In this document: in pieces, positions 9,460 through 19,123 of the stretch
Layout: every line of letters starts with the position of its first letter
How positions within the stretch are numbered: the first letter of the stretch is position 1
The notes under the pieces: model-generated
Seen by the model: only the letters and a program-made list of their open reading frames with translations
What the model was told of the DNA's origin: nothing
Databases searched by the model: none
Virus record (IMG/VR): IMGVR_UViG_3300034118_001268
Span: 1 to 56,286 of that record
DNA length: 56,286 nt
Direction: 5' to 3' (one strand)
DNA from: a virus
Lineage: Duplodnaviria; Caudoviricetes
Translations under genes and position numbers: made by a program

Positions 9460-9733
9460 GGATGTATTCCTGCTTCGGGTCCGGATCTTCTCCGGGACGT
9501 TTGAACTCTATGAAAAGCGGGCGTCCTCCAGGAATGAAGAAAATTCTGTCGGGCCACCCCGTGTCAGACCTGGTGTTGATCTTGATATTCCTGACACCGA
9601 GTCTTTCGGCTTGTTTGCAAGCCTTCCTCTCGATGTCAGTTTCTACTTCACCTCTCAAGCTTTTCGACTCTTGTCTGGCAGATGACGCACCGGACTCTAC
9701 CGTCTTTGATACGCAACTCCGGCAAAGGTTCAT
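9284..9733 (-). CDS. VRR-NUC domain nuclease
   Basis: ETDIE...GWPDRI...FIEFKRPG...Q; the true start is probably downstream (~9658). Confidence 0.8.
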   Translation of the reverse strand: MNLCRSCVSKTVESGASSARQESKSLRGEVETDIERKACKQAERLGVRNIKINTRSDTGWPDRIFFIPGGRPLFIEFKRPGEDPDPKQEYIHEILKKLGYDIEVHDTVEGAVSAVVTALEASSRAKKRDEVSSRTRVRNSGSRPRRGED

Positions 9734-9893
9734 CGCAATCGAAGCAATTCACCCCATCCCAACCTTTGAATTGGGGAAGGTTTGACTGGCGATAGGCTTT
9801 TGCCATTCGCGCCGTAGCCGCGATTGTGCCACGATCAATCTGCTCAAAGATTTTCTCGATGTCGCCATCGTGTGTATCACCCATGGAATGCAA
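9648..9893 (-). CDS. DksA/TraR C4 zinc-finger protein
   Basis: CFDCDEPLPELR...RCVICQ motif. Confidence 0.75.
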   Translation of the reverse strand: MHSMGDTHDGDIEKIFEQIDRGTIAATARMAKAYRQSNLPQFKGWDGVNCFDCDEPLPELRIKDGRVRCVICQTRVEKLER

Positions 9894-10452
9894 TCGAACC
9901 TCTTCTAGCTGACGGCCTCAATATCCGAAGCAAGTGATTAGTCTGATTTTTTGCGTCGAATAGGGCGTTGTGATGTTGACCAAAGACCCGAGAAATTTTG
10001 ATTTCCGGGTGCAGAGATTTGACAGTCCTATAGCATCTGTTGTTCCAGAATTCCCACGGCTGTTTTTCGCCGATGGCTGCATAGGCGCTAACCAGAATAG
10101 CGTTGTCGAAATCGCTTCCGTTGCCCCAAACTTTGACGCTTTTATCTGAGGTCGAATGCAAAGATGCCAGAAAATCTCTGAACATCTTCAGCATTGTGAT
10201 GATGCCGTGCCCTCCGACCTCGCTCTCCTTGATGATATTTGAAACGGCCGGGTCTTGTTTGGACCACCATTCCAAAGTTTCTTCGTCTTCATGGAGACCG
10301 GCTTCAACGCAGGATCTTCTATTGATCACTCCGTAGAATTCTGGGCCAGTGATGTTCTTTTCAATATCGAAGGCCACAGCTCCGATACTGATAATGCTGC
10401 ATCCGGGTCTTCGACCGAAAGTTTCCAGGTCGACCATGACGTTATCCATCAT
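9877..10452 (-). CDS. DEDDh 3'-5' exonuclease (exonuclease VIII/Rv2179c-like)
   Basis: VMVDLETFG, SIGAV, WGNGSDFD, HNALFDA. Confidence 0.85.
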   Translation of the reverse strand: MMDNVMVDLETFGRRPGCSIISIGAVAFDIEKNITGPEFYGVINRRSCVEAGLHEDEETLEWWSKQDPAVSNIIKESEVGGHGIITMLKMFRDFLASLHSTSDKSVKVWGNGSDFDNAILVSAYAAIGEKQPWEFWNNRCYRTVKSLHPEIKISRVFGQHHNALFDAKNQTNHLLRILRPSARRGSIAFHG

Positions 10453-10877
10453 TTTGGACCTTCCCCTTCCTTGACAAGTATGATGTGATGCAGGTAAGTC
10501 TGCACCGACCCGAATTTCCGAACTGTGGATTGTTGGACACGTTCTTCATCAACCAATCCCAGGAGTCGGCAGAGGTGGGCCGCTGCGCTGACGTGCCCCA
10601 TTTCTTCACTGAGCATTGCGAGATTGTTGTATTCGACCACCATTTCCCCGCTGCTATCTTGAGCGATCTTTCCATGGCGTAGAATTTTTGCCGAGGCTTT
10701 GATCACCTCAGAACATTCTTCCATCAGAAGGTGCAGAGCTTCCTGCTCGGCCAGAGTCAGATCGGTTGTAGGATGCTTGAACAAAGGAGCATCCCCACCC
10801 CCTTTCTTGTCGGCCGGTTTGCGGCTCTGTTCGGTACCCTTTTGCGCAAAGAATGGAATTGTAAGTGGGTTCCACAT
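10449..10877 (-). CDS. MazG-like NTP pyrophosphohydrolase domain protein
   Basis: LMEECSEVIKASAKILRHG...LSEEMGHV; the last acidic position is His. Confidence 0.6.
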   Translation of the reverse strand: MWNPLTIPFFAQKGTEQSRKPADKKGGGDAPLFKHPTTDLTLAEQEALHLLMEECSEVIKASAKILRHGKIAQDSSGEMVVEYNNLAMLSEEMGHVSAAAHLCRLLGLVDEERVQQSTVRKFGSVQTYLHHIILVKEGEGPK

Positions 10878-10892
10878 CTGTCTTCTCCGTTT

Positions 10893-11636
10893 TCAGTATT
10901 TGCAAGGGCCGCCTTTAGAGGCGGAATAATCACACCATCCACACAGGTGCGAAGGCTTCGGGGCAAACGTCGTGTCATTCAACATCGGCTTGACACGCTT
11001 CTCCCAACTCTTCTGAAGAGATTTGAGGTCGGCTCCCTGATAGACCTTGGCCTCGGAAGTCCCAATGATGGGGTAGACAATACCAGCATCGAGATAGACA
11101 AGCCGAGGCTTGACTGTCAAACCTTTCGGGATCAGATGGCGCCACTTCAACAACGCGCCGAGGGCATACAGGTCGAGCTGTTCCAAATAATCTTCCTGAC
11201 TGTCTGGACGGTATTTCCCCGTCTTGTAATCTGTGACAATTACGACAGGAAGCTCGTCTTGCTCGATCAGATTTGAAACGTCAGTTTTGATCCTGACCCA
11301 ACATCCAGCCCAATCATTCCAAACGGTTTCAGACCAGTCTGTCTTGAAAGCCCATGTGTCCTCCACCGTAATCCGTTCCGGGTGTTTCTTCATCAGGGCT
11401 TTGAGAGACTTGAAGTCCTCAGTAAATTGGGACAGCTCCTTGGGGATGCGGGATATTTCACCCTTGAGAAACTTTTCAGCCATTTTATGGATGGCGTCTC
11501 CACGGATCATTGCCGCGTTCTTCTGAATGGGGATTTTGTCGATGTAGGACAACTTCGCCTTCAGAGGACACTGCTTGTAGGTGCCGTAGCGGCTATAGCT
11601 CCACGATGTGAGCTTGGTTGGTTTAGTCCATGACAT
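10893..11636 (-). CDS. PD-(D/E)XK (RecB/Cas4-like) exonuclease
   Basis: SWSYS...QCP, RGDAIH, IKTD, DYKTG, QLDLY, CGWCDY...C. Confidence 0.85.
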   Translation of the reverse strand: MSWTKPTKLTSWSYSRYGTYKQCPLKAKLSYIDKIPIQKNAAMIRGDAIHKMAEKFLKGEISRIPKELSQFTEDFKSLKALMKKHPERITVEDTWAFKTDWSETVWNDWAGCWVRIKTDVSNLIEQDELPVVIVTDYKTGKYRPDSQEDYLEQLDLYALGALLKWRHLIPKGLTVKPRLVYLDAGIVYPIIGTSEAKVYQGADLKSLQKSWEKRVKPMLNDTTFAPKPSHLCGWCDYSASKGGPCKY

Positions 11637-13593
11637 TGACTTGTTTTCCCTTCTTGTCAAAATCTTTCATTGACGCCCAATTCAACGCAGAGAACGCCCC
11701 CTCGGACAAGATCTTTACGTCAAATTCCACCGACTCCATGCAGAGCCTTAGCTCTTCCATAGCCTCGTAAAAATCGCTTTTAGGAACGCTGATCACGATT
11801 TCATCGTGCACCTGGAGAAGGATCTTCCACCCTCTGTTTCCCTTGCGCACAATGACGTCTGTGTAGAAGCGGATGACGGCCTCCTTCGTGCAGTCTGCCG
11901 CAGATCCTTGGACCAACACATTGACCATCTTGTAGTCAAAATGCATGATCCTACCTTTGACCAGCGCTGGAGGTTCGCAGTAGTATTCTCTTCCGCCCCA
12001 CGTTTTGATCGGTTCGTTAGCCTTTGCCCGTGCCTTCATGTCGTTATACATGTCTTTGAGGCCTGGGTAGAGGTTGTAGATCGCATCACGAATTTCTCTG
12101 GTTTCCTCAACGGTGGAACCATTCTTTTCAGCCAGCGATCCCACACCTTGGCCGTAGATGATGCCTAGATTGATATTTTTCACCGGCTTTCTATCATATC
12201 TCCGGCCCATGACACGCTCCAAATGTTCCTTAGCATTGTCATGATAGTCAATCCACGGGTCGTTTTCGTACTGCTCTTGCAATTCACCACCTTCAAAATG
12301 GGCCAAAATTCTAGGCTCTTGCTGGGAGTAATCTCGACCCAACAAAATTTCATCGTCGCTATACGGGATGATGTAGCCTCTGCACAGCGGGAGAGCGGGT
12401 AGATCAGGCCATGGGCAGGCGGGCAGATGCTTCGTCAGAACGTCTTTCGGGTCTTTGAAAATTTGGGTGAATTCTTTTGGAATGTTTTGAAAGTTTGGTG
12501 TTGAAGACAACCTTCCGGTGCGCGTGCCGGCTTCGGCCTTCACCTGGTTCCAAGTTGTGAAGATAAAACCGCCGGATGCGTGGGCCATCGCCAACCACGG
12601 AAGCATAAAGGTGCCTAGGCAAGTCTTCAACTGCGCCCTGTATTTCAGCACCGCCGCCATCACTTTGTCTGTGACGCCTGCAGATAGAGCCTCCTTATTG
12701 GTTTGAATTGCCCCTCCGGCCGTGACTCCCATCAATGATGGGTCGGCCTTCTTGGCCCTGATCAAAGCTTCGGCTAGTTGGGCTCCCGAGTCCAGATTGA
12801 GGGGCTCCATTTTCGAAGACCCTCTGGACTCCGGAAACATCGGATTGCCCAACTGCTTGCGGACCCACTCCTCGATAGTGAGCATCCAAGATGCGTAATT
12901 GTCAACGTCTCTTTTGAGTCGATCGTAGTCAACCCTGACGCCGTTACGCTCAGACTCAAGTAGAATTGGCATGAGTCTGCGCTCGCGATTATAGGCTTCC
13001 AACATGCCGCGTTCGACGGTCTTCTTCCAAAGGAGTTCGAAAAGCTTTTCAGTTCTGATCGTGTCGCCGTTAGCGTAGGTCCCGACCAAATCTCCCGGAG
13101 CATAGGCGATATATTTCCCAGGAGGATTTTTTGAGTTTTTACTTCTGCCGATTTTGATACCTGGAATGGGATGGTTGGTGGCAAGCCATTCGGCAACAGC
13201 GTCCTGCTCCTCGGAGGGCATATTCAACAGCCTGACTGAGGATGGCTTCAGTCCCAATTCCTTCTGGTGCGGATCGTCCAGAAATAGCAGAAACATCGTG
13301 TCGTGAATTTTGTCCCACTTGGGTATGGGCAGACCCATGTGGACTTCGGCGACGTCGACGTCAAATTTTCCGTTCTGAAACAGCACGCCGTCCGGGTTTG
13401 ACCACGCCTTTTCAAGCGCTTTTTTGGCCTCGCTCCAGGTAGAGTTGTTCCTAGACCTATGGCCCCAAGCATAATATCGAGGAGCCTTCCCCCACTCCTT
13501 AATGGACACACCTACCGGAACGGGCGGGTATTTCGGACGGCTCTCTATTCCGAAAGTTTCAAAATCGACAGTTGTGGGCTTTGGCTGTTTCAC
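11623..13593 (-). CDS. polA: DNA polymerase, family A, with a 3'-5' exonuclease domain
   Basis: DFET exonuclease I motif, RTGRLSS, DYSQQEPR (motif A), KNINLGIIYG (motif B), QGSAAD, VHDE (motif C). Confidence 0.95.
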   Translation of the reverse strand: MKQPKPTTVDFETFGIESRPKYPPVPVGVSIKEWGKAPRYYAWGHRSRNNSTWSEAKKALEKAWSNPDGVLFQNGKFDVDVAEVHMGLPIPKWDKIHDTMFLLFLDDPHQKELGLKPSSVRLLNMPSEEQDAVAEWLATNHPIPGIKIGRSKNSKNPPGKYIAYAPGDLVGTYANGDTIRTEKLFELLWKKTVERGMLEAYNRERRLMPILLESERNGVRVDYDRLKRDVDNYASWMLTIEEWVRKQLGNPMFPESRGSSKMEPLNLDSGAQLAEALIRAKKADPSLMGVTAGGAIQTNKEALSAGVTDKVMAAVLKYRAQLKTCLGTFMLPWLAMAHASGGFIFTTWNQVKAEAGTRTGRLSSTPNFQNIPKEFTQIFKDPKDVLTKHLPACPWPDLPALPLCRGYIIPYSDDEILLGRDYSQQEPRILAHFEGGELQEQYENDPWIDYHDNAKEHLERVMGRRYDRKPVKNINLGIIYGQGVGSLAEKNGSTVEETREIRDAIYNLYPGLKDMYNDMKARAKANEPIKTWGGREYYCEPPALVKGRIMHFDYKMVNVLVQGSAADCTKEAVIRFYTDVIVRKGNRGWKILLQVHDEIVISVPKSDFYEAMEELRLCMESVEFDVKILSEGAFSALNWASMKDFDKKGKQVNVMD

Positions 13594-13793
13594 TTGGAAC
13601 CGCCTGACAATTTGATCAATTCCAATCTTTCTGATTGGGCTCTGACCTTATTCAAACGACTATGGATGCGGAGCATGAATTGCTTCCTCCGCTTCCCGCT
13701 TATTTCAATATGAAGTAATTTTCGACAATACTCCTCAGTCGCCGATTGGACTGCTTCGTTGAGTTTTGCCCAAGTTTTAAGTTCCTCGTCCAT
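13590..13793 (-). CDS. hypothetical protein
   Basis: GGAGAAGG SD; overlaps the polymerase start. Confidence 0.65.
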   Translation of the reverse strand: MDEELKTWAKLNEAVQSATEEYCRKLLHIEISGKRRKQFMLRIHSRLNKVRAQSERLELIKLSGGSK

Positions 13794-13815
13794 ATTTACA
13801 ACCTTCTCCTGTTTC

Positions 13816-13847
13816 GAAAAACGGCTCAGAGGATTTAGCTCTGAGCC
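13816..13847 (-). terminator. Rho-independent terminator after the SSB-like gene
   Basis: 9-bp stem GGCTCAGAG/CTCTGAGCC with a 7-nt loop, followed by a T-run on the minus strand. Confidence 0.7.
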
Positions 13848-13870
13848 ATTCTTTCAGCCCCGCAACGGCG

Positions 13871-14734
13871 TCAGTATTTGCGTCCGCGGGACTGCTGTTG
13901 AGGGGCAGGCTTGCCTTTGGCGCCGCCACGAGATGGTGCCGCCCTACCACGAGCAGGTTGCTGACGCTCTTCCATTTCAAGGTTGTACGGGAATTCGATT
14001 TGTGATTTGGCTTCCTGGTTCCGCTTCATAATGATGGGCAGAAGAGAACTGGGGACTTCGCACAAAGGTTCGAAGATCACACGGAACTGGGTCTTCGGAT
14101 CGGCTTCCGTTCGAATTCTTGTCACGATGCCATGCGGCGGACGACGAAGAGTTCCAGCCACCTGCTTGACGAAGCCTGCAAAACCGTTGATCGATGTCAC
14201 AGGCAACTTCATATAGGCAAGAGTCGCCGAGGCAAAGTGGTCGTCATTATCGATCCATTGAAACCTGTTTTGGGCGTCAAAAGATCCGGCCGGGATGAGC
14301 GCCAATCGCCTGATATTTCTGCAAGCCTTCCCGCGACCGACATCAGATGATCCCCACTGGTTGTGAGGACATTCCTTGCAGTTTTCATTCACAGCTTGGT
14401 TCGCTGCAAAGACAGACTCATGCGGCGCCATTTCGTCATCGCGACCAAAGGCAAAGCACGTCGGGGGAGCAGGATTGTCAGGATCGTAACGGCCTTCGAA
14501 GAAGATGTTCTCAAAGATGTGGTCGACAATAATGACCGCCATCTGATTTCCAGGCATCTGCGCGTCATTGAATTTGAGTTGGCCACCTTGCATGGAGAAA
14601 AATTGGCCACCGCCAGATTTGGCCTCCATACCGGCAGCAATTTCTGCCTGCTTTGCAAGTTCTTCTTCCCAATTGACCAATGCCGTCGATTTCGACAGCT
14701 TTGCCGCAGTGTCAGATTTAGCAACACGAGCCAT
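13871..14734 (-). CDS. putative ssDNA-binding/annealing protein
   Basis: Position upstream of the polymerase; YDPDNPAPPTCFA, C..CPHNQWGS..G.GKAC, LPVTS motifs; start MARVAK. Confidence 0.6.
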   Translation of the reverse strand: MARVAKSDTAAKLSKSTALVNWEEELAKQAEIAAGMEAKSGGGQFFSMQGGQLKFNDAQMPGNQMAVIIVDHIFENIFFEGRYDPDNPAPPTCFAFGRDDEMAPHESVFAANQAVNENCKECPHNQWGSSDVGRGKACRNIRRLALIPAGSFDAQNRFQWIDNDDHFASATLAYMKLPVTSINGFAGFVKQVAGTLRRPPHGIVTRIRTEADPKTQFRVIFEPLCEVPSSLLPIIMKRNQEAKSQIEFPYNLEMEERQQPARGRAAPSRGGAKGKPAPQQQSRGRKY

Positions 14735-14876
14735 GAGAGTTCCATCCTTCCAGATGTTTGATGTGTGGTTGTCTGCGGTTTGAATTCCACAAACCTTCGG
14801 GTGTAGAACCCCGATTGGCCTGTCCGAGTGGGCCATTCTCAACTCCAATCGCCTTGGATAAGGTCGTAGGAGTATT

Positions 14877-15158
14877 CTATGAACCTTCCTTTCTCACATA
14901 GAAGTTGCAATTCATGTGAGCGACAATCATGCCCGGCCTGACGTGCGTGTAGACCAATTCAACATGGAGCGGAATATCTCCAGGCACGGTCGGTTTTTCG
15001 TGGACCGTGCAATGGGTCATGAACTTAGCCATGTCTGGCAAAAGCCGCTTGGCGAATTTACACGTGGCACACTTTGTGGGCTCAGTGTAATTGCACACGG
15101 TGGAGATTGTCCTTTTTCGCACAAGCTCGAAGTATCTTTCAAGGTCTTGTCCGATCAT
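14877..15158 (-). CDS. hypothetical Cys-rich protein
   Basis: ORF with CATCKF; GGAG SD. Confidence 0.55.
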   Translation of the reverse strand: MIGQDLERYFELVRKRTISTVCNYTEPTKCATCKFAKRLLPDMAKFMTHCTVHEKPTVPGDIPLHVELVYTHVRPGMIVAHMNCNFYVRKEGS

Positions 15159-15171
15159 CGCCGTTCTCCAG

Positions 15172-15564
15172 TCAGATCTTTGTCAATGACACTGACACGA
15201 CTTGGAATGTCGACACACCTGGGACGGTCTTCCCAGTGTCCCAGATCTCAGACACGGCCGTCTCAGACAACCGCCTCTGGAGCAGGTCGAAGTTGTTGGT
15301 CCTCTTGATGTATTTGTAGAACTCATTCCAATCCTTCACCTGGGGAATGGTCTTAGTAACCACCGAGACTCTGTGAGTCTTACCTTGGGCGCCGGTGTCG
15401 GACTTGGGAAGCGTGTTGATAATATGCTCCTTAAGAGCCTTCTCCTCCTCTTCCAAGGCGTCAACGACCTTCTTCATCTCAAGACGACGGTCGCGGATCT
15501 TAAACAACATATCGGCGCATGCGCCCATTGACTTTGGGAATTTGTAGGCGGGTTCCTTAGTCAC
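15172..15564 (-). CDS. conserved phage replication-module protein
   Basis: GCTGAGGAG leader 7 nt before the GTG at 15564; coiled coil plus VKDW...LLQRR...VPGV. Confidence 0.7.
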   Translation of the reverse strand: MTKEPAYKFPKSMGACADMLFKIRDRRLEMKKVVDALEEEEKALKEHIINTLPKSDTGAQGKTHRVSVVTKTIPQVKDWNEFYKYIKRTNNFDLLQRRLSETAVSEIWDTGKTVPGVSTFQVVSVSLTKI

Positions 15565-15625
15565 GTTCATTCTCCTCAGCAAGAGAGATTATACTACCCA
15601 GCAGTCCTGACCTCGTACATAGATA

Positions 15626-15666
15626 TTTTAGGGCGGGAAGGCATTTTAAGACCGACCCGCCCTAAA
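15626..15666. terminator. hairpin terminator after DUF932
   Basis: Inverted repeat TTTAGGGCGGG...CCCGCCCTAAA. Confidence 0.6.
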
Positions 15667-15669
15667 TTT

Positions 15670-16638
15670 CTACACGAGAGCCAGAGCTTTCCGAAGGGCA
15701 GCGGACTTGAAGGCGTCGCCACGGCCGAACAGAGCATTGTCCAGCTGGTGGCTAGGTGTCTTGCTCTTGGCGTGATGGTCGACATATTCCGTGATGCCGT
15801 TCACCAGACCCCAAAGAGTTCCATCGACGCCTTCCAATTCGGCGCCCATGGCAGTGCCGTCAACGAAGAGTTCACGGATCTTCTTGAAGGCGGTTGTGTT
15901 GGTCACTTCCTTGGCAGAGACCACATTATTCTCGACCAGAGCTTCGCCGATGAACTGCTCGGCTTCCTGAGTAGTGATCGGCTTGGAAGCCAGCCTCCGG
16001 GTTTCCAACATGAATTCGCGGAAAGATCCGGTGACAATGCCGAGTTGCTTCTTCATCGCCAAAGGATCAAAGGTTGTCCGGTGGGACATTGAGAAGGATT
16101 GGGTATTTTCCTTCAGAGCGATGGTCAGAGTGTTTTGGCAGACCACGCGTTCGGCAACAAACTTGGCCGTCGTCTTCATGCTGCCGTCGATGGCCGTGCA
16201 CAGAAGAAGGTGAGCCTTCACCCGGTCGTTGCCAATCACCACAGCGTCATCGGTCACACGGGCCAAAGCCCAAAAGCGGCGGCCGTCAAAAAGTGTGCCG
16301 GCAGTGTTCAGCTCATAACCATTACCGTTCGTCAGATCCCGGAAGAATTCCAGAACTTCACCGGGTTGGACGAGTTGAAATTTCTGACCAACAACTCCAA
16401 GAGGCTTCTTCGTGTCGGACCGGAAGATGACATGATGTTCGTCAAAGATCCGTTGGTTGTCGCCTTCTCCAAAGCGAACACGTGAGCGGCACGCAGTCCA
16501 TTCCATACCGGCTGCAATCTTCCACTCGTCAACTGACAGGCCGGGCTTCAGTTTTTGGCCAAGGCCGTGCCAAGGCTTTTCACCGACGTAAGCCATTTCG
16601 GTGAAGCCGTTATTCCTGATTGTGACAGCAGCAGTCAT
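15670..16638 (-). CDS. DUF932 (TIGR03299-like phage/plasmid) protein
   Basis: MAYVGEKPWHGLG, TAGTLFDGRRFWALA, RVVCQNTL, TLWGLVNGITEYVDH. Confidence 0.9.
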   Translation of the reverse strand: MTAAVTIRNNGFTEMAYVGEKPWHGLGQKLKPGLSVDEWKIAAGMEWTACRSRVRFGEGDNQRIFDEHHVIFRSDTKKPLGVVGQKFQLVQPGEVLEFFRDLTNGNGYELNTAGTLFDGRRFWALARVTDDAVVIGNDRVKAHLLLCTAIDGSMKTTAKFVAERVVCQNTLTIALKENTQSFSMSHRTTFDPLAMKKQLGIVTGSFREFMLETRRLASKPITTQEAEQFIGEALVENNVVSAKEVTNTTAFKKIRELFVDGTAMGAELEGVDGTLWGLVNGITEYVDHHAKSKTPSHQLDNALFGRGDAFKSAALRKALALV

Positions 16639-16684
16639 GAGAGTCTCTCCTCAGCTTTAGAGACGTGATTGTCTCTACTTGAGA

Positions 16685-16713
16685 ACCATACTCTCTGACG
16701 TCAGGATTGTAAA
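16685..16713 (-). promoter_or_regulatory. sigma70-type early promoter
   Basis: TTTACA-17 nt-TATGGT with an AT-rich upstream tract. Confidence 0.7.
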
Positions 16714-16749
16714 CACCTATTTTAGGTCTTTTGCAAATTTTTTGCAAAT

Positions 16750-16890
16750 TTATGGGATGCAGAAATACGCCACTGCAAAACACGCGATAGCTAACACAAT
16801 GAAAAACCGCGAGTTGTTGCAACGCATGTCACGAGCTATCAGAAGAGATGCGGCCCCCATTAGCGACCACCAGAAGACAAAAAATGTCAT
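16750..16890 (-). CDS. small two-TM membrane protein (46 aa)
   Basis: GGAGGGAG SD; MTFFVFWWSLMGAASLLIARDMRCNNSRFFIVLAIACFAVAYFCIP; ATGA overlap with the upstream gene; not in the ORF track. Confidence 0.6.
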   Translation of the reverse strand: MTFFVFWWSLMGAASLLIARDMRCNNSRFFIVLAIACFAVAYFCIP

Positions 16891-17246
16891 GACAATCTCC
16901 CTCCAGGCTTTCTAAGAAGCGCCGAAGGTTGTGGTGGAACTTGAGGCTCCTCTTTGGTGGCGGCGTCGTATGCGTCAAAACATCGTTGGGCCCATTGATC
17001 GTTTGTCCCAGCTTTTTGGTCCCCTTCCACTGTTCGCTTGGTTCTGTGCTGAATTGCGTAAGACTTAAATTGCTCTCCAGCCTTGTGCAACATCCGAGCC
17101 GCCGAGTCTCTGGAATTTTTCAATTCAAGGTTCTCGGCTTTGAGAGCATCGCGTTCAACGAGAAGACTTGTGAGGGCTGTTGCAACCGGCCACATTTGCA
17201 TGATGCGGCACGCTTCGATCAACTTTTCGACATCTTCCTTTTTCAT
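16887..17246 (-). CDS. hypothetical coiled-coil protein
   Basis: GAGGA SD before MKKEDV. Confidence 0.6.
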   Translation of the reverse strand: MKKEDVEKLIEACRIMQMWPVATALTSLLVERDALKAENLELKNSRDSAARMLHKAGEQFKSYAIQHRTKRTVEGDQKAGTNDQWAQRCFDAYDAATKEEPQVPPQPSALLRKPGGRLS

Positions 17247-17247
17247 A

Positions 17248-17631
17248 TCAATCCTCATGCGTTTCATAAATTGGGTGACGGGTTTTGACAACCTTAAGGT
17301 GTGAAGCGTCTCCACGTGTCCAGTGCGCTTCCTCCTCCTTGGTAAACGGTCCGGCTTCCACTTGCCAAGGGTGTTCCTCGTCAACCACCCAAAATTGCTC
17401 GATGTGTTGCCTTTCGACCTTGCTCGAAGCGTTCTCCATTCGCAGCCTCCTGTTTTCAGCCATCAAATTTTGCAACTCATCGGCTGCGATAAACGGGGCG
17501 CGGTCATGCGTGCGCATGACATTTTTCCACCCAGAATGCTCTTCGCGCGTCCAATTTGGCGTGTTTCGAAGCTGCTTCACAAGTTCGTGCAACCTCTTAT
17601 CACGGCTCTCTATATCATCGTCTTCAGGCAT
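17248..17631 (-). CDS. hypothetical protein
   Basis: GAGGAGAAGG SD, operon packing. Confidence 0.6.
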   Translation of the reverse strand: MPEDDDIESRDKRLHELVKQLRNTPNWTREEHSGWKNVMRTHDRAPFIAADELQNLMAENRRLRMENASSKVERQHIEQFWVVDEEHPWQVEAGPFTKEEEAHWTRGDASHLKVVKTRHPIYETHED

Positions 17632-17649
17632 CTTCCTTCTCCTCTCGCG

Positions 17650-17958
17650 TTATGGTTTCCCTGCTGCGGCCTTCAATACGTCGTCCGCTATTGTCTTTGC
17701 GTTGGACCACGCTTTTGCCACAAACGCCATCTCGGCCGAAACTTGAGTCACAGCATCAGCCACCGCCAATGCCGTCTGAGCTGCACGTGTCGCTTCGGCC
17801 GCCAACTCTTTTGCCTTCAACGCATTTGCGTTTGCCGTTGCAAGCCCTTCGTTCACGACCAATACGGCTCCCACCAATGTCTTTAGATCTGGAGCCGACG
17901 TCACGTTTGCGGCCGCTTCGGCTGCCATCCTCAGATCTTCTCTAAGTCTGGGGTTCAT
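17650..17958 (-). CDS. Ala-rich hypothetical protein
   Basis: GGAG SD before MNPRLR. Confidence 0.6.
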   Translation of the reverse strand: MNPRLREDLRMAAEAAANVTSAPDLKTLVGAVLVVNEGLATANANALKAKELAAEATRAAQTALAVADAVTQVSAEMAFVAKAWSNAKTIADDVLKAAAGKP

Positions 17959-18383
17959 AGTTTTTCTCCAACAGCGTCGCGCGCATCCATAATGGATTTC
18001 CAACAGCACCAGACATCGTATTTGGCTCCGGCGCCGTAATGTTCCAACGCGTCTGCATACAACGCAGTGTGTGGAAGATGGGCATCCGGTCCTATGATGC
18101 TGGCCAGATGGTTTCCCCCGATCATTACAGATCGCAACGCCGCCTTCAGTTGTGCGTTCTCATTCTTCAACGCATTCTCGCGTTCCGTGGTCGGCACGTC
18201 GCTGACGAAAGCTTCTTTGACTAGGTCGTATTCACTGTCCAGGCCAGAAACATACTTACCTTTGACGTTCCATGTGAATAGTTGCGTCACAAAGAAATGG
18301 CCATCGTTGGTATTGGAGATGTCCAATGGTCCAACAACTTCGCCATCTCGCCTCCAATAGTATTTGCCTGCTTCAATTCTCAT
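17955..18383 (-). CDS. hypothetical protein
   Basis: GGAGGG SD before MRIEAGKYY. Confidence 0.6.
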   Translation of the reverse strand: MRIEAGKYYWRRDGEVVGPLDISNTNDGHFFVTQLFTWNVKGKYVSGLDSEYDLVKEAFVSDVPTTERENALKNENAQLKAALRSVMIGGNHLASIIGPDAHLPHTALYADALEHYGAGAKYDVWCCWKSIMDARDAVGEKL

Positions 18384-18664
18384 TTTTCTACCCTCCCCTG
18401 CCCTTTGCGCACTGTTCCCACCAACCACGAAATGGCCTCAGCCAGATCAGCGGCCTTCTTGGCTTTTGCCTCTTCGGAAATCTCGGCATTCTTTGGATTG
18501 CCTCTGATGTTCCAATTGCCCAATACGGCTCGGCTGACTGACGCCTGAGACACGTTGAACTGTCTGGCAAGAGTATGTTGTGAGACATTGCCAGCAGCGT
18601 AGGCTTTGCGAATGTCTCGGGCCATCTCAAGAGTGATCGTCACTCGCTTTTTAGGTCTGATCAT
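18380..18664 (-). CDS. HTH DNA-binding protein
   Basis: SQHTLARQFNVSQASVSRAV helix-turn-helix. Confidence 0.75.
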   Translation of the reverse strand: MIRPKKRVTITLEMARDIRKAYAAGNVSQHTLARQFNVSQASVSRAVLGNWNIRGNPKNAEISEEAKAKKAADLAEAISWLVGTVRKGQGRVEK

Positions 18665-18667
18665 CGG

Positions 18668-19036
18668 TCAGACTCCCAAATTCTTGAGCTTACGATTTGC
18701 GGCAATGACCCGGCGCTGGGCATTGCCCAATTCTGCGCGCCAGAAATCGTAGCCGGCAAACTTGTTATCAACGCGGATGTCTTTGCTGTGATAGGAGGCG
18801 CGACCAGAAATGGCGCGGTAGATGTCCCTGTTTGCCACTTCGGCCCATGTCTTGCCGGCCTTCCTTGCCCGGTTCAGAGTGCCCATGATTTTGAGGCACG
18901 CATTCCGAGCGGCTACGGCAGCAACGTATTCGTTGAGCGCGTTGGAGACTTCGATCTCCTCGGCGGTGGGCAGTGGCCCGGTGTGGGGCGGCAGAGCGAA
19001 GTATTCAGCATCGGCTTGCCATTCAGTGCGGATCAT
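18668..19036 (-). CDS. hypothetical early protein
   Basis: TTGCTGAGGAG leader, first gene after a promoter. Confidence 0.7.
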   Translation of the reverse strand: MIRTEWQADAEYFALPPHTGPLPTAEEIEVSNALNEYVAAVAARNACLKIMGTLNRARKAGKTWAEVANRDIYRAISGRASYHSKDIRVDNKFAGYDFWRAELGNAQRRVIAANRKLKNLGV

Positions 19037-19061
19037 GTCTGTTCTCCTCAGCAACAAGAGA

Positions 19062-19090
19062 ACTATACAGTTGATGAGCCGGGTTGTAAA
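19062..19090 (-). promoter_or_regulatory. sigma70-type early promoter
   Basis: TTTACA-17 nt-TATAGT. Confidence 0.75.
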
Positions 19091-19123
19091 CAATTATTTT
19101 TGCACCCGGCTCACTTTTTCAGA

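Noticed and set aside
10893-11636. Cas4-like nuclease as a sign of CRISPR
   Set aside because: No repeat-spacer array or other cas gene seen; it is a typical phage replication exonuclease.
15588-15619. TATAAT promoter upstream of 15564
   Set aside because: Perfect -10 but no TTTACA -35 at a 17-18 nt spacing, so not listed as a promoter.
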